DNA of 56,887 nt from Candidatus Planktophila sp. (GCA_044373255.1 JBIPNL010000001.1:1-56887), one strand, 5' to 3'. Positions 9,904-19,939 are shown, counted from the first letter of the stretch. The notes: a model not told the origin generated them from the letters alone. Made by a program: numbers and translations.

Positions 9904-12900
9904 TTGAGAAGTACTCACCACTTCAGGTAAGTGCCCTGATTAGAAGCGTAGATCCAGGCTTTTATGACCCTACCCCCGAGCAGGCAGCGATTATTTCAAT
10001 TGCTAGTAATCCATTCGAACCGGCCGTTGTTATTGCAGGTGCAGGGTCAGGTAAAACTGAAACCATGGCATCTCGCGTGGTCTATCTCGTCGCCAATGGT
10101 TTTGTAAAACCTGATCAGATCTTAGGTCTGACATTTACGCGCAAAGCAGCCGGTGAACTCTCTGCTCGTATTCGCAAGCGTCTTCGCCAACTACAGGTTG
10201 CGATGGAGAAAGCTGGCCTGGAAGTTCCCTTCACAACACTGGATACTTCAGTGACCACCTATCACTCATATGCTGGTCGCTTACTCAGTGAGCATGCAAT
10301 CCGTTTTGGTATCGATGCCGATGCGCAACCGATGGGTGAGGCCGCACTCTGGATGTCAGCGAATACTTTGGTAAGCAATTGGAACGACCCAGATTTCATC
10401 TACGAAGGTGCTCTTAACACTGCTATTGATGATGTGATGGGATTGGCTTCTCTGGTTCTCGAACACCAAGTCTCACTTGAATCAATCCGCGCCGCCGATG
10501 AAAAGACTTTGGCAGAGCTCGCACAATTCTCTGGCGGTCTCAACGACGAAGTGCGAGCAGTTGCCCGAACTGCTCGCCAAAGAATCGCACTCTTGCCACT
10601 AGTTGAACGATTTATTGAGACTCGTCGAAGCGAGGGTGAACTCTCTTTTGATGATCAGATGTCACTTGCTGCAGATATTGCGATGAAGTTTTCTGATGTG
10701 GCAACAATTGAGCGCGGTAAATATGCCGTCGTCTTACTCGATGAATATCAAGACACTTCTCAATCACAGGTGCGTTTACTTTCAGCACTCTTTGGTAACG
10801 GTCATCCTGTTACCGCAGTGGGCGATCCATGCCAATCGATCTACACCTGGCGTGGTGCATCTGCCGGCACTATCGGTTCCTTTAAAGATCACTTCCCTAA
10901 AGCACCCGGCTCGAAAGGGCGCGAAATATATGAGCTTTTGACCACCTTTAGAAATGATGAAGCAATCCTTGAACTCGCCAATGAAATCTCGCTACAGGTG
11001 CGCTCACTGGGTGGACTCGATGTCTCTGCACTCAAAGCGCGACCAGGTGCCGGTAAAGGCGATCTTGTTGTCGGTCTCTTTGAAACTATGGAAGCAGAAG
11101 CTACTGCAATCGCTGAATACATCCAGCCACATTGGAATAATCCAGATCGTTTAGTTGAAGGCAGCAAAGTTCCAAAGAGTTTTGCAGTTCTGGTTCGTAA
11201 ACGTTCGCAGATTCCGGCGGTGCAAAGCGCCCTCGGTAAGGCAGGAATCGAATGTGAAGTTGTTGGTTTAAGTGGCCTCGTTCATGTTCCTGAGATCGCA
11301 GATATCGTCGCGATGCTCTCCGTCATTGCAGACCCAGATGCTGGTGCATCACTGATGCGCCTTCTTACCGGTCCTCACATGGCCCTCGGTGCTGCCGATA
11401 TTGCAGCCCTGGGCGCTTACTCACGTTCTCTCGCTAAAGAATCTGCCAGTGATAGCAGATCTCTTGTAAAGAAAATTGTTGCAGGAAATCCAGATTCTGC
11501 CGAAGCTGATGATCAATTCCTTGGTTCACTCATTGACGCACTCGATGACATTGCAAAGGCAGATAAATCTCACTTTAGTCAGGTTGGTTATCAACGCCTT
11601 ACCGAGTTTGCGGCAGATCTCAGGCGACTTCGTTCGCGCTCTGCCGGAGCAATCACCGACCTCATTGCAGAGATTGAGCGCTATCTCAACCTTGAAGTAG
11701 AAGTTCTCTTGCGCGATGGCACGCGATCAGGCCGCAGACATATTGATCGCTTTATGGATGAGGCGGCAAAGTTTTCCCGCAACGGTGCATCACTCAATGC
11801 TTTCTTACAGTGGCTCTCTATTGCTAGCCGCGAAGAAAGTGGCTTGAAAGCTGGTGCCGCCGAAGTTAACTTTGATGCGGTGCAGATTCTTACGATTCAT
11901 AGCGCTAAGGGCGCTGAATGGGATTTAGTGGCTGTGCCAGGCTTAGCACAGGGCACATTCCCAAGTGATCACAAGGGCGATCCCGATAACTGGATTACCA
12001 ACGAAAGACATATTCCCTTTGCACTACGCGGTGATGGTGGGCAACTTCCACTCTTCTCGTGGAACGGCGCGACATCAAATGCTGATGCTGGAAAAGCGGT
12101 AAAGAAATTTAAAGAAGAGTGCAACAGATTTAAAGAGCAAGAAGAGATTCGTCTGGGATATGTCGCGATGACTCGTGCAAAGACTCATCTGATCTGTACA
12201 TCATCGTGGTGGCGAGATGGCCAGAGACAAGTTCCACCTTCTTCAATTTTTGAGCAAGCACAATCTGTTGCTACGCGAGTGGGACGAGTAATAAATCTAG
12301 AGGATGCACCAATCGATGGTGCGAAGAATCCACTCCGTGAAAACCCTGCTAGCGCCACATGGCCACACGATGCACTCGGTGAGCGCCGTCAACAATTTGA
12401 CAACGAAATCGCTCTCGTTCTCTCTAAAGCGCCCATCTCACTTGATGCAGCTCTGGCTAACTCCAGTGATAGCGAGATAAGTTCGTGGATTCGAGATAGC
12501 CAAGCGATCATCAACGAATTTGATAACTACAAGAACGCTCTGGCACAGGTTGCGCTACCTCCACGGTTAGCAACCTCTACCTTGATTGCACTTCATGAAG
12601 ACCCTGACGCACTTGCACTCTCGATTCGTCGCCCAATGCCACGAGCCAGCGATGAATTTTCTCGACGTGGTACCGCCTTCCACTTATGGATTGAAAGACA
12701 CTTCAACTCGCTCACCTTCTTTGATGATGAAGATTTTGATCTGCTTGAACCGCTTGAAGCAGATCAAACCTTGGAAGAGTTAAAGAACGCTTGGCTGGCT
12801 AGCCCTTGGGCTGGTCGCACACCTCATGCAGTGGAAGTTCCTTTTGAAACTGTCATCGCTGGAGTTCTTATCCGCGGCCGTATCGATGCTGTCTATAAAG

Positions 12901-13130
12901 ATGGCGATTCATATGAAGTAATTGACTGGAAAACGGGCTCCAAAAAGCTCGGAAAATCAGCAGCGATTCAATTAGCTGTCTATCGCCTAGCGTGGGCAAC
13001 GCTGCAGAATGTCGAGCTGGAAAAAGTGAGTGGAGCATTTCACTATGTACCAACGGGAGTTACTGATCGCCCAACAGATCTGATGGGACGTGATGAATTA
13101 ATTGCTTTGCTTGAACAGTTTACTTCCTAG
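9900..13130 (+). CDS. adnB: ATP-dependent helicase/nuclease AdnB
   Basis: AGAGSGKT, TFTRKAA, DEYQD, TIHSAKG, GRIDAV..IDWKTG; ATG 9900 overlaps adnA stop (ATGA). Confidence 0.92.
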   Translation: MIEKYSPLQVSALIRSVDPGFYDPTPEQAAIISIASNPFEPAVVIAGAGSGKTETMASRVVYLVANGFVKPDQILGLTFTRKAAGELSARIRKRLRQLQVAMEKAGLEVPFTTLDTSVTTYHSYAGRLLSEHAIRFGIDADAQPMGEAALWMSANTLVSNWNDPDFIYEGALNTAIDDVMGLASLVLEHQVSLESIRAADEKTLAELAQFSGGLNDEVRAVARTARQRIALLPLVERFIETRRSEGELSFDDQMSLAADIAMKFSDVATIERGKYAVVLLDEYQDTSQSQVRLLSALFGNGHPVTAVGDPCQSIYTWRGASAGTIGSFKDHFPKAPGSKGREIYELLTTFRNDEAILELANEISLQVRSLGGLDVSALKARPGAGKGDLVVGLFETMEAEATAIAEYIQPHWNNPDRLVEGSKVPKSFAVLVRKRSQIPAVQSALGKAGIECEVVGLSGLVHVPEIADIVAMLSVIADPDAGASLMRLLTGPHMALGAADIAALGAYSRSLAKESASDSRSLVKKIVAGNPDSAEADDQFLGSLIDALDDIAKADKSHFSQVGYQRLTEFAADLRRLRSRSAGAITDLIAEIERYLNLEVEVLLRDGTRSGRRHIDRFMDEAAKFSRNGASLNAFLQWLSIASREESGLKAGAAEVNFDAVQILTIHSAKGAEWDLVAVPGLAQGTFPSDHKGDPDNWITNERHIPFALRGDGGQLPLFSWNGATSNADAGKAVKKFKEECNRFKEQEEIRLGYVAMTRAKTHLICTSSWWRDGQRQVPPSSIFEQAQSVATRVGRVINLEDAPIDGAKNPLRENPASATWPHDALGERRQQFDNEIALVLSKAPISLDAALANSSDSEISSWIRDSQAIINEFDNYKNALAQVALPPRLATSTLIALHEDPDALALSIRRPMPRASDEFSRRGTAFHLWIERHFNSLTFFDDEDFDLLEPLEADQTLEELKNAWLASPWAGRTPHAVEVPFETVIAGVLIRGRIDAVYKDGDSYEVIDWKTGSKKLGKSAAIQLAVYRLAWATLQNVELEKVSGAFHYVPTGVTDRPTDLMGRDELIALLEQFTS

Positions 13131-13131
13131 C

Positions 13132-13968
13132 TCAGTTCGAGCTCAGTTCTAGCTCAGTAGAGAGCGGTAAGTGATCACTGACTCCAGTTGCAACAGTTGG
13201 AAGCTGTCTTGCCCCTATGGATGAGCGAGTAAGAATGTAATCAAATTGAATCTTTGCACCCCAACTTGGATATGTTGCTTGAGTTGCCAATGATCTCCAC
13301 TGAGAAGCAACTACGGGAAGATTCTTTGGTAAGTTTAAATCACCGACAATTAGTGCCGTGGAATTCATTTCACTCTCTAATTCAACTGCCCACCGTTTAA
13401 TCGCACGAAGTTGTTTGATGTTATAGCCCGGCACAAAAGAGAGATGTGTGTTGATTACAGTCACTCCATTTGCAAGAGTCGCTGCTAGTGCGATGCGAGG
13501 TTCATCTCGAATATAGATCGGGCGAAGTTTTCCTGGCTTACCTTCATCACCTGGCACCAAAAGTGGCATACCAATAGGTGCGTTACCAAGATCTAGACGA
13601 TGCCACTTAATTACCTCAATCGTTGAAGCCAGAGCTATTCCGTATCCGCCTTGTATATCTGCGAGTTTCTCTGAATCAGTAATGATTTTTTGATCGCCAG
13701 CAGTGAGCTTTCTCCATTTTTCGCCAGGGGTGCCGATAATGCACGGCGCAAATGCAAAGTGTCTGGCACCGATACTTGAGGCAACTTCTGCAATCTGATT
13801 CACATGGCCGGTGCGCGCAAGATGATAATCACATTCTTGAATTGCGATCACCGCAGGAGATAGCTCGGCAGCGATCTTTGCTCCCGCCTGGGATAGCGCC
13901 CCTGCCTGCAGTGTGGGGGTGGGCGGGATGGCCATTCCATGCAGGATATTCCACGAGGTGATGCGCAT
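13132..13968 (-). CDS. Endonuclease/exonuclease/phosphatase (EEP) family protein
   Basis: MRITSWNI, IQE, NTHLS, GDLN, FDYI, SDH motifs; start reassigned to ATG 13968 (TAGCCT-N7-ATG). Confidence 0.9.
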   Translation of the reverse strand: MRITSWNILHGMAIPPTPTLQAGALSQAGAKIAAELSPAVIAIQECDYHLARTGHVNQIAEVASSIGARHFAFAPCIIGTPGEKWRKLTAGDQKIITDSEKLADIQGGYGIALASTIEVIKWHRLDLGNAPIGMPLLVPGDEGKPGKLRPIYIRDEPRIALAATLANGVTVINTHLSFVPGYNIKQLRAIKRWAVELESEMNSTALIVGDLNLPKNLPVVASQWRSLATQATYPSWGAKIQFDYILTRSSIGARQLPTVATGVSDHLPLSTELELSSN

Positions 13969-13996
13969 AGCGAGCAGGCTAGTACCGTTGCCCCTT

Positions 13997-14914
13997 ATGA
14001 GCGCGATCAACCAACACCCGTCACGGATCGATCGCGCCGGCCACCTGCGTGAGAACCCAACAACTCTTGATCAGCTCTGGACGCGCGCGAAGATTCTGCA
14101 GATTGCCCAGGGGCGCTTGCCTAGCGATACATACCTCAGCGCAGATCAGGTCGCGACCTTAATTGCTAGTGGAGAATTCAAAGAAGGCTCACGTTATTTT
14201 CTGGGGCTAGATGCTATCTCGCAAGATCCTTATTTTGCATGGGATACCGAGTGGAGCGCTGCAAAGACTGATGAAGAGATGAAAGTTGGTTTAGCAAGAC
14301 TGCGTGAAGTCGGAATTGACTTAACAAGTATTGATGCCGAACTAGCTATGCACGCCGTTGCCTTATCAAATTGGCACCAATCGCATCCACGTTGCGCGCG
14401 GTGTGGCGCACAGACTCGAGTCGACTTAGGTGGCGCGGTTCGCATCTGTGATGTCGATAAGAGCCAACATCATCCACGAACAGATTGTGCCGCGATCGTT
14501 CTTGTCCGCGATAACGATGATCGAATACTTTTAGGACATCAACCAGTATGGCCGGAAGGTCGTTTTTCTACCTTTGCCGGATTTCTTGAACCTGGTGAAA
14601 CTTTTGAACAATGTGTTGCTCGTGAAGTCCTTGAGGAATCTGGTGTGAACGTTCGCTCCATCACTTACCTCGGCTCACAACCCTGGCCATTTCCAGCATC
14701 AATCATGATGGCCTTTGATGCAGTGACAGACTTTCCTGAAACTGCGCGGCCTGATGGCGTAGAAATTTCAGAGGTGAAGTGGTTTACCCGAGATCAATTT
14801 AAAGCTGAGGCGAAGGCAGGAACACTTTTGCTCCCACCAACGATTTCGGTTGCACGCAAGATGATTGAACGTTGGCTGGGTGAGCCTGCTGTTGGGAGCG
14901 AGGCGTGGAGATAA
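13997..14914 (+). CDS. nudC: NAD(+) diphosphatase NudC
   Basis: CxxCG zinc site, Nudix box GFLEPGETFEQCVAREVLEESG, SQPWPFPAS; likely start ATG 13997. Confidence 0.95.
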   Translation: MSAINQHPSRIDRAGHLRENPTTLDQLWTRAKILQIAQGRLPSDTYLSADQVATLIASGEFKEGSRYFLGLDAISQDPYFAWDTEWSAAKTDEEMKVGLARLREVGIDLTSIDAELAMHAVALSNWHQSHPRCARCGAQTRVDLGGAVRICDVDKSQHHPRTDCAAIVLVRDNDDRILLGHQPVWPEGRFSTFAGFLEPGETFEQCVAREVLEESGVNVRSITYLGSQPWPFPASIMMAFDAVTDFPETARPDGVEISEVKWFTRDQFKAEAKAGTLLLPPTISVARKMIERWLGEPAVGSEAWR

Positions 14915-16590
14915 CTCCAAATCTTCGAGCCGAAGAAATAATTGCAGCACTCGATGATGATCAACGAGAAGTAGCGCTAGCTACTCGTGGGCCTGTCTGT
15001 GTAATTGCAGGTGCTGGTACCGGTAAAACTCGCGCCATCACACATCGCATCGCATATGCCACAGCGATCGGAACAATGGATCCATCGAAGGTATTGGCAC
15101 TCACCTTTACCGCGCGCGCAGCCGGTGAGATGCGCACACGATTGCGATCACTAGGTGTACCCACGGTTGCTGCGCGCACAGTGCACTCTGCGGCGCTGAA
15201 GCAGTTGATTTATTTCTGGCCAACTGTCTTTGGTGGACGCACCCCTGATTTAATGAATAGCAAGACCGCGTTTCTAACCGAAGCGATCAACCGTGCCAAT
15301 TTATCGAGCGAAATTCGCAGTACCTCGCGCGAGACCATGAGAGATATTGCAACTGAGATTGAGTGGGCGAAGGTCTCGCAAGTTGCACCAATTGATTACC
15401 TTGACCAGGTATCAGAACGTTCGATTAAGCCACGAATTAAGCCCGAGCACATTGCTCAGATCTACGTCGCCTATGAGAGTCTGAAGAAGCAAGAAGTTGC
15501 TATTGATTTTGAAGATGTCCTTTTGCTTACTTCGGCGATGCTTGAGGAAGAGCGAGCGGTACGCGAACGCGTGCAGGATCAATATCGTTATTTCACAGTT
15601 GATGAATATCAGGACATCTCACCCATCCAACAGCGACTGATTAACGCATGGCTGGGAAGCCGCAAAGATATCTGCGTTGTCGGAGATCCGGCGCAGACGA
15701 TTTACTCATTTGCAGGAGCAACTCCGGTTTTCTTAAACACTTTCACGCAACGTTTTCCAGAAGCGCAGGTGATTCGCCTGAGTACTGGTTACCGATCAAC
15801 TCCAGAGATCACCTTCGCCGCAAATGCTTTACTGCGTAACTCTTCGATGGGGCAAGAACTCACTGCGAGCAATGACCATGGACATCGCCCTAGCGTTGAC
15901 GGATTTAAAGATGAAACTGCAGAGATTGCTGGCATTATTTCGCAGATTACTGCGCTCTTAAGTGAAGGTACCGCGCCACAAGAGATTGCAATCCTGGCGC
16001 GAACAAATAGCCAACTTAAAGGCATGGAACGTGCGATGAATAGCAAGGGTCTGCCATATCAAGTACGCAGCACTGAACGATTCTTTGAGCGCCAAGATGT
16101 GAGAGATTTCCTCAAGCAAGTCCGACAAGCATCTGTGATTCCAACTGAAGGCACCTCCTGGCTTGATGAATTGCGAACAATTGCTCAGCCGTATTTAACT
16201 GGCGAAAGTATCGATGGAATCGCAGCACTACTTCACCTAGGTCGTGAGCTCGATGACGACGAGGGATTTTCACCAAAGACTTTGCGTGGATTTTTACGTG
16301 AAGTCGAAGATCGCGTCACGCAGAACAATCCTCCGACCATGCCCGTTGTCACTCTTGCCACTCTTCATGCAGCAAAGGGGCTTGAGTGGGAGCGAGTATT
16401 TCTTATCGGAGCATCTGAAGGAATCTTGCCGTTAGAAACTGGCACAACGGGTACAACCGATGCCGTTATTTCAGAAGAGCGACGCTTGTTCTATGTGGGA
16501 ATGACTCGGGCAAAGGTAGATCTTCATATTTCCTACCGCGGCCAACCATCTCGCTTCTTACGCGAATCCGGGTTGCTGACCAGTTCATAG
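14905..16590 (+). CDS. uvrD2: ATP-dependent helicase UvrD2 (no C-terminal HRDC domain)
   Basis: AGAGTGKTRAITHR, DEYQD, TLHAAKGLEW, EERRLFYVGMTRA; synteny nudC-uvrD2-whiB7. Confidence 0.88.
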   Translation: MEITPNLRAEEIIAALDDDQREVALATRGPVCVIAGAGTGKTRAITHRIAYATAIGTMDPSKVLALTFTARAAGEMRTRLRSLGVPTVAARTVHSAALKQLIYFWPTVFGGRTPDLMNSKTAFLTEAINRANLSSEIRSTSRETMRDIATEIEWAKVSQVAPIDYLDQVSERSIKPRIKPEHIAQIYVAYESLKKQEVAIDFEDVLLLTSAMLEEERAVRERVQDQYRYFTVDEYQDISPIQQRLINAWLGSRKDICVVGDPAQTIYSFAGATPVFLNTFTQRFPEAQVIRLSTGYRSTPEITFAANALLRNSSMGQELTASNDHGHRPSVDGFKDETAEIAGIISQITALLSEGTAPQEIAILARTNSQLKGMERAMNSKGLPYQVRSTERFFERQDVRDFLKQVRQASVIPTEGTSWLDELRTIAQPYLTGESIDGIAALLHLGRELDDDEGFSPKTLRGFLREVEDRVTQNNPPTMPVVTLATLHAAKGLEWERVFLIGASEGILPLETGTTGTTDAVISEERRLFYVGMTRAKVDLHISYRGQPSRFLRESGLLTSS

Positions 16591-16698
16591 CCGCAATGTT
16601 TCGAAACCACACTTAGTGATTAGGAATCAGTTATCTCGAGATCGCAAATTGAGCACGACTGTTGTTCAATTGAGTCCTCAAATGGGTAATATTTTCAT

Positions 16699-18057
16699 AT
16701 GAAGAGCAGGAGCCATTCCCTTTTAGCTTTTATTCTCAGCGCTAACTTGATAATGCCTTCATCTCATGCAGTGTACGGGGGAGAAGAAGTTGTCGGTAGC
16801 GAGAGAGTAGTTGTTATTCTCGACAGCAAAGAGACACGAAATGGCGGATGTTCAGGCGCATTAATGACATCCCAAATTGTACTCACAGCTGCACACTGTC
16901 TAGGTAAGCCTGGAAAACATCCGGGTGTAATCAAGAATAATCACTGGGGATATTGGGTATCAAGACCTGGGGTCGATTTCAAGAGCGATGACATCTCCAC
17001 GAGAGTGCAATCTGCATATGTTGTTATCACTGATGATTACACGAATAGTTTTGACCCGAAATCTAATGACTACGCCACGACTATTCACGATATCGCATTC
17101 ATTTTTCTGAAAGAACCCATAGAGATTAGTTCTTATCCAACAGTGGCAAGCCAGGCACAGGTAAAGCACTTGAAAGCTGAACGGGCCTTGATAACGCATT
17201 ACGGATATGGTCTCTCAGATAAAGGTTTACAAACTGGGAAGCCAAAAAAGATAGATTTAAAAATCAGACCACGTGAACGCTCATATGAAGTTAACAATGT
17301 AGTTCCTGAAGATTTCTCAATTATCACCGATGAAACCGGTGTAGGTGCACTTTGTGGTGGTGATTCAGGTGGCCCTTGGTATGCGCAGTTAGACGGCAAA
17401 TTGCTTATCGTGGCCAACACAGTAGGAGCTTCTGGTTGCCGTGGTCCAGGTTCTGGGCTGGGTGGAACATTCGGAACCCTCGTGCACCAATACGAATCCC
17501 TTCTTTGGAAGAAATGGGAATATTTTTTAGCCAATAAGAGTGAAATTCTGAAGTGGGAATCCAGCGCGCTAATTACCAATGAATTGAGACTGAAGACGCT
17601 CAAGAACGCAGGTCAGTATTATCAAGAAGAGACTGCGTGCCATAGCAATGGAATCGTTGCGGTTTTGCAATCGAGAAAGTCAGGGGATTGGCAGGATGTT
17701 GCAACCGCCGAAGGTTGGGTAACAGTTAATGATTCTTGCAGTCAGCCGTGGACAGCTTATCGAGCCCAGAAGGGAGAAATCCTTCGCTGGCGATTTGCCT
17801 CACCAGGCGCTTGGGAGGTTTTCTCAACCACATTTGAGGAGAGAACCTCAAGCAAAGAGCAGTCGTATTTAGCTGCAGAACTCAAGGCTAAGCAGGAGGC
17901 GGAAGCAAAGGCAGCTGCGGAGTTAAAGGCTGGGCAGGAAGCTGCTGCTAAAGCTGTAGCAGCGAAGAAAATAACCATCAACTGCGTCAAAGGAAAGCTG
18001 ACGAAGAAAGTGACTGCAGTAAAACCAAGGTGTCCGATGGGTTATAAAAAAAAGTGA
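16699..18057 (+). CDS. Secreted trypsin-like (S1) serine protease with C-terminal Lys/Cys-rich motif
   Basis: Signal peptide then VYGG; LTAAHC, HDIA, CGGDSGGP catalytic triad; AAELKA repeats; tail TINCVKGKLTKKVTAVKPRCPMGYKKK; leaderless TAATAT-N6-ATG. Confidence 0.9.
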   Translation: MKSRSHSLLAFILSANLIMPSSHAVYGGEEVVGSERVVVILDSKETRNGGCSGALMTSQIVLTAAHCLGKPGKHPGVIKNNHWGYWVSRPGVDFKSDDISTRVQSAYVVITDDYTNSFDPKSNDYATTIHDIAFIFLKEPIEISSYPTVASQAQVKHLKAERALITHYGYGLSDKGLQTGKPKKIDLKIRPRERSYEVNNVVPEDFSIITDETGVGALCGGDSGGPWYAQLDGKLLIVANTVGASGCRGPGSGLGGTFGTLVHQYESLLWKKWEYFLANKSEILKWESSALITNELRLKTLKNAGQYYQEETACHSNGIVAVLQSRKSGDWQDVATAEGWVTVNDSCSQPWTAYRAQKGEILRWRFASPGAWEVFSTTFEERTSSKEQSYLAAELKAKQEAEAKAAAELKAGQEAAAKAVAAKKITINCVKGKLTKKVTAVKPRCPMGYKKK

Positions 18058-18237
18058 CCTACTGACTAGGGATCAGTATGTATCTGGACTTCCCTACCCT
18101 GTTGATTCGCCGGAAAAGATCCACGTAATCAGATAATGATTTGTAAAAGGCTTTTCTAGCCTCTCTGGGTTAACGCTTATCTCCGCGAGCGGTGAGCAGC
18201 CTTGAACCTAAGCCCCCCTTTCACCCTCTCCTGCGCG

Positions 18238-18281
18238 AGAAATTAATCTACTTGCGAGTTCGATACCGGGTGCTCTACCCT
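18238..18281 (+). promoter_or_regulatory. whiB7 promoter: AT-rich tract (GAAATT), -35 TTGCGA, -10 TACCCT
   Basis: agaaattaatcta at 18238-18250, TTGCGA 18252-18257, 18-nt spacer, TACCCT 18276-18281, ATG 7 nt downstream. Confidence 0.7.
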
Positions 18282-18288
18282 TTTCCCT

Positions 18289-18468
18289 ATGTCCGTACAG
18301 GGAGTATCAACTCAGGTAGCAGTAGCTGCTGCGATCTCCCATGCCCATTCACATCTAGCCACAGCTGCCGCTAACAAGCGAACATCTTGGCCACGCGCAT
18401 CAAAGCCAGCGTTTTATGCTGCTTTTTATGCCACAGCGGATGAGGCAACCGGAGGGATATTCGAGTAA
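18289..18468 (+). CDS. whiB7 leader peptide (uORF), 59 aa, Ala-rich
   Basis: Manual translation MSVQGVSTQVAVAAAISHAHSHLATAAANKRTSWPRASKPAFYAAFYATADEATGGIFE*; leaderless; followed by an intrinsic terminator as in whiB7/wblC attenuators. Confidence 0.8.
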   Translation: MSVQGVSTQVAVAAAISHAHSHLATAAANKRTSWPRASKPAFYAAFYATADEATGGIFE

Positions 18469-18485
18469 ATCGAAATAACCCAACC

Positions 18486-18528
18486 AAGGGCCTCAAATCC
18501 GAAAAGGATTTAGAGGTCCTTTTTCTTT
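18486..18528 (+). terminator. Attenuator terminator of whiB7 leader
   Basis: gggcctcaaatcc-gaaaa-ggatttagaggtcc followed by tttttcttt. Confidence 0.85.
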
Positions 18529-18608
18529 ACCCAGATGAAAACCAAAACCAACTACCAAGAACTACTAACCAGAGAAAGCAACCGACGAAAGATCGAGAGA
18601 GAAAGAGG

Positions 18609-18953
18609 GTGAGAGCGATGAGCGTTCTCTACAGTGAACTGCAGGTACCAGGCTGGGCGGAGTCCGGCGAAAAGATTGGCTTAGGCGATGTGACATTCAC
18701 ATACGACGATGCCAAGGCTTTTACCTTGCCTTGTCACACAGCTGACCCCGAACTCTTCTTCGCCGACGATGACGCAGCAACTGCTGCGGCTAAAGCGCTC
18801 TGCGGTGGATGTCCGATGCGTAATGCTTGTTTAGATGGCGCACTGTCACGACAAGAGCCATGCGGAGTGTGGGGCGGACAGCTGATCGAAGATGGCGTCA
18901 TTATTGAACGTCGTCGTCGTGCAGGTCGTCCAGCGAAGGTAGTTGCTGCCTAA
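18609..18953 (+). CDS. whiB7: WhiB7/WblC transcriptional regulator
   Basis: Four Cys (PC..CGGC..C), ELFF, GVWGG turn, C-terminal AT-hook RRRRAGRPAK; downstream of uvrD2. Confidence 0.92.
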   Translation: MRAMSVLYSELQVPGWAESGEKIGLGDVTFTYDDAKAFTLPCHTADPELFFADDDAATAAAKALCGGCPMRNACLDGALSRQEPCGVWGGQLIEDGVIIERRRRAGRPAKVVAA

Positions 18954-18965
18954 CGTCAGTGGTCC

Positions 18966-19802
18966 TTATCGTGCACGTTGGCAACGTGGACAAAAGTGTG
19001 ATGAGCGCGCTCCAAAAACGATTCTCCTAATTGGCGCACCGCATCGTGGACATGGTTCATCCTCACGCCCATATACGGAAAGGGATTGTTCGAAGAATCC
19101 GCTCTCGCCATTCACATTGATGTAGAGGTCGTCAAAGGATGTACCGCCTTGTGCGATTGCCTCGCGCATTACCTCTGTTGCAGAATCGATCACCGATGCA
19201 ATCTTCTTCTTGCTCATCTCTGAAGTCAGCAATTCTGGGTGCACTTTTGCGCGCCACAGAGCTTCATCGGCATAGATATTTCCAACGCCAGACATAATCT
19301 CTTGATTAAGTAAGGCGGTCTTAATCCGCACATTGCGGCTGAGATATTTTGTAATAGTTGCCGCGCGATCAAAATTTGGATCAAATGGGTCAAGTGCAAT
19401 ATGTGCAGCAGATGGTGGAACGCTAGCAACTGGTTCTTCAACAGAGAGCCAGCCAAAGGTGCGCTGATCGTTAAATACTAGCTCTAGTTTTCGCAGCGAT
19501 TTCTTCAGAGAAAAATGCGCGCGAATATGTTTCGGAGATGGGCGATCTCTCTGCTGAATAAGAAATTGCCCGCTCATTCCAAGGTGGGCAACGAGAACAA
19601 CTGGTCGATCGAGTGTGATCCAGAGAAATTTCCCACGGCGACCGGTGCCTGTGATTCGTGCGCCATTAAGAGTAGAGATAGGTGCAACCGAGTCACCTTT
19701 AAGTAGGCGAGGATGCAGATCCTGCGCTTGTGTAATTCGATATCCCTTAATGAGAGTATCTAGCCCGCGACGAACTGTTTCAACTTCGGGAAGTTCGGGC
19801 AT
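18966..19802 (-). CDS. mutM: Formamidopyrimidine-DNA glycosylase
   Basis: [28 protein letters not shown]-terminal CPRC...CPRCQ zinc finger. Confidence 0.98.
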   Translation of the reverse strand: MPELPEVETVRRGLDTLIKGYRITQAQDLHPRLLKGDSVAPISTLNGARITGTGRRGKFLWITLDRPVVLVAHLGMSGQFLIQQRDRPSPKHIRAHFSLKKSLRKLELVFNDQRTFGWLSVEEPVASVPPSAAHIALDPFDPNFDRAATITKYLSRNVRIKTALLNQEIMSGVGNIYADEALWRAKVHPELLTSEMSKKKIASVIDSATEVMREAIAQGGTSFDDLYINVNGESGFFEQSLSVYGREDEPCPRCGAPIRRIVFGARSSHFCPRCQRAR

Positions 19803-19939
19803 TATTTTCCTGCTTTACATTTTTCAGAGCAGTACTTCACATTCTCCCAATCGCGAGCCCACTTTTTGCGCCACTCAAATGGACGCTCACAGCGTTGACA
19901 GATTTTGGGAGGAAAACCATTTTTAGTCTTGGCCTGCAT
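19802..19939 (-). CDS. DUF2256-like small Cys4 protein (45 aa)
   Basis: Manual translation [45 protein letters not shown]; CxxC-RPFxWRKKW-WxxVxYCSxxC signature; TAGAAT-N6-ATG; stop overlaps mutM start. Confidence 0.88.
   Translation of the reverse strand: MQAKTKNGFPPKICQRCERPFEWRKKWARDWENVKYCSEKCKAGK

Noticed and set aside
18192-18374. 60-aa ORF-track ORF upstream of whiB7
   Set aside because: Starts upstream of the promoter; the leaderless frame 18289-18468 fits promoter and terminator geometry far better
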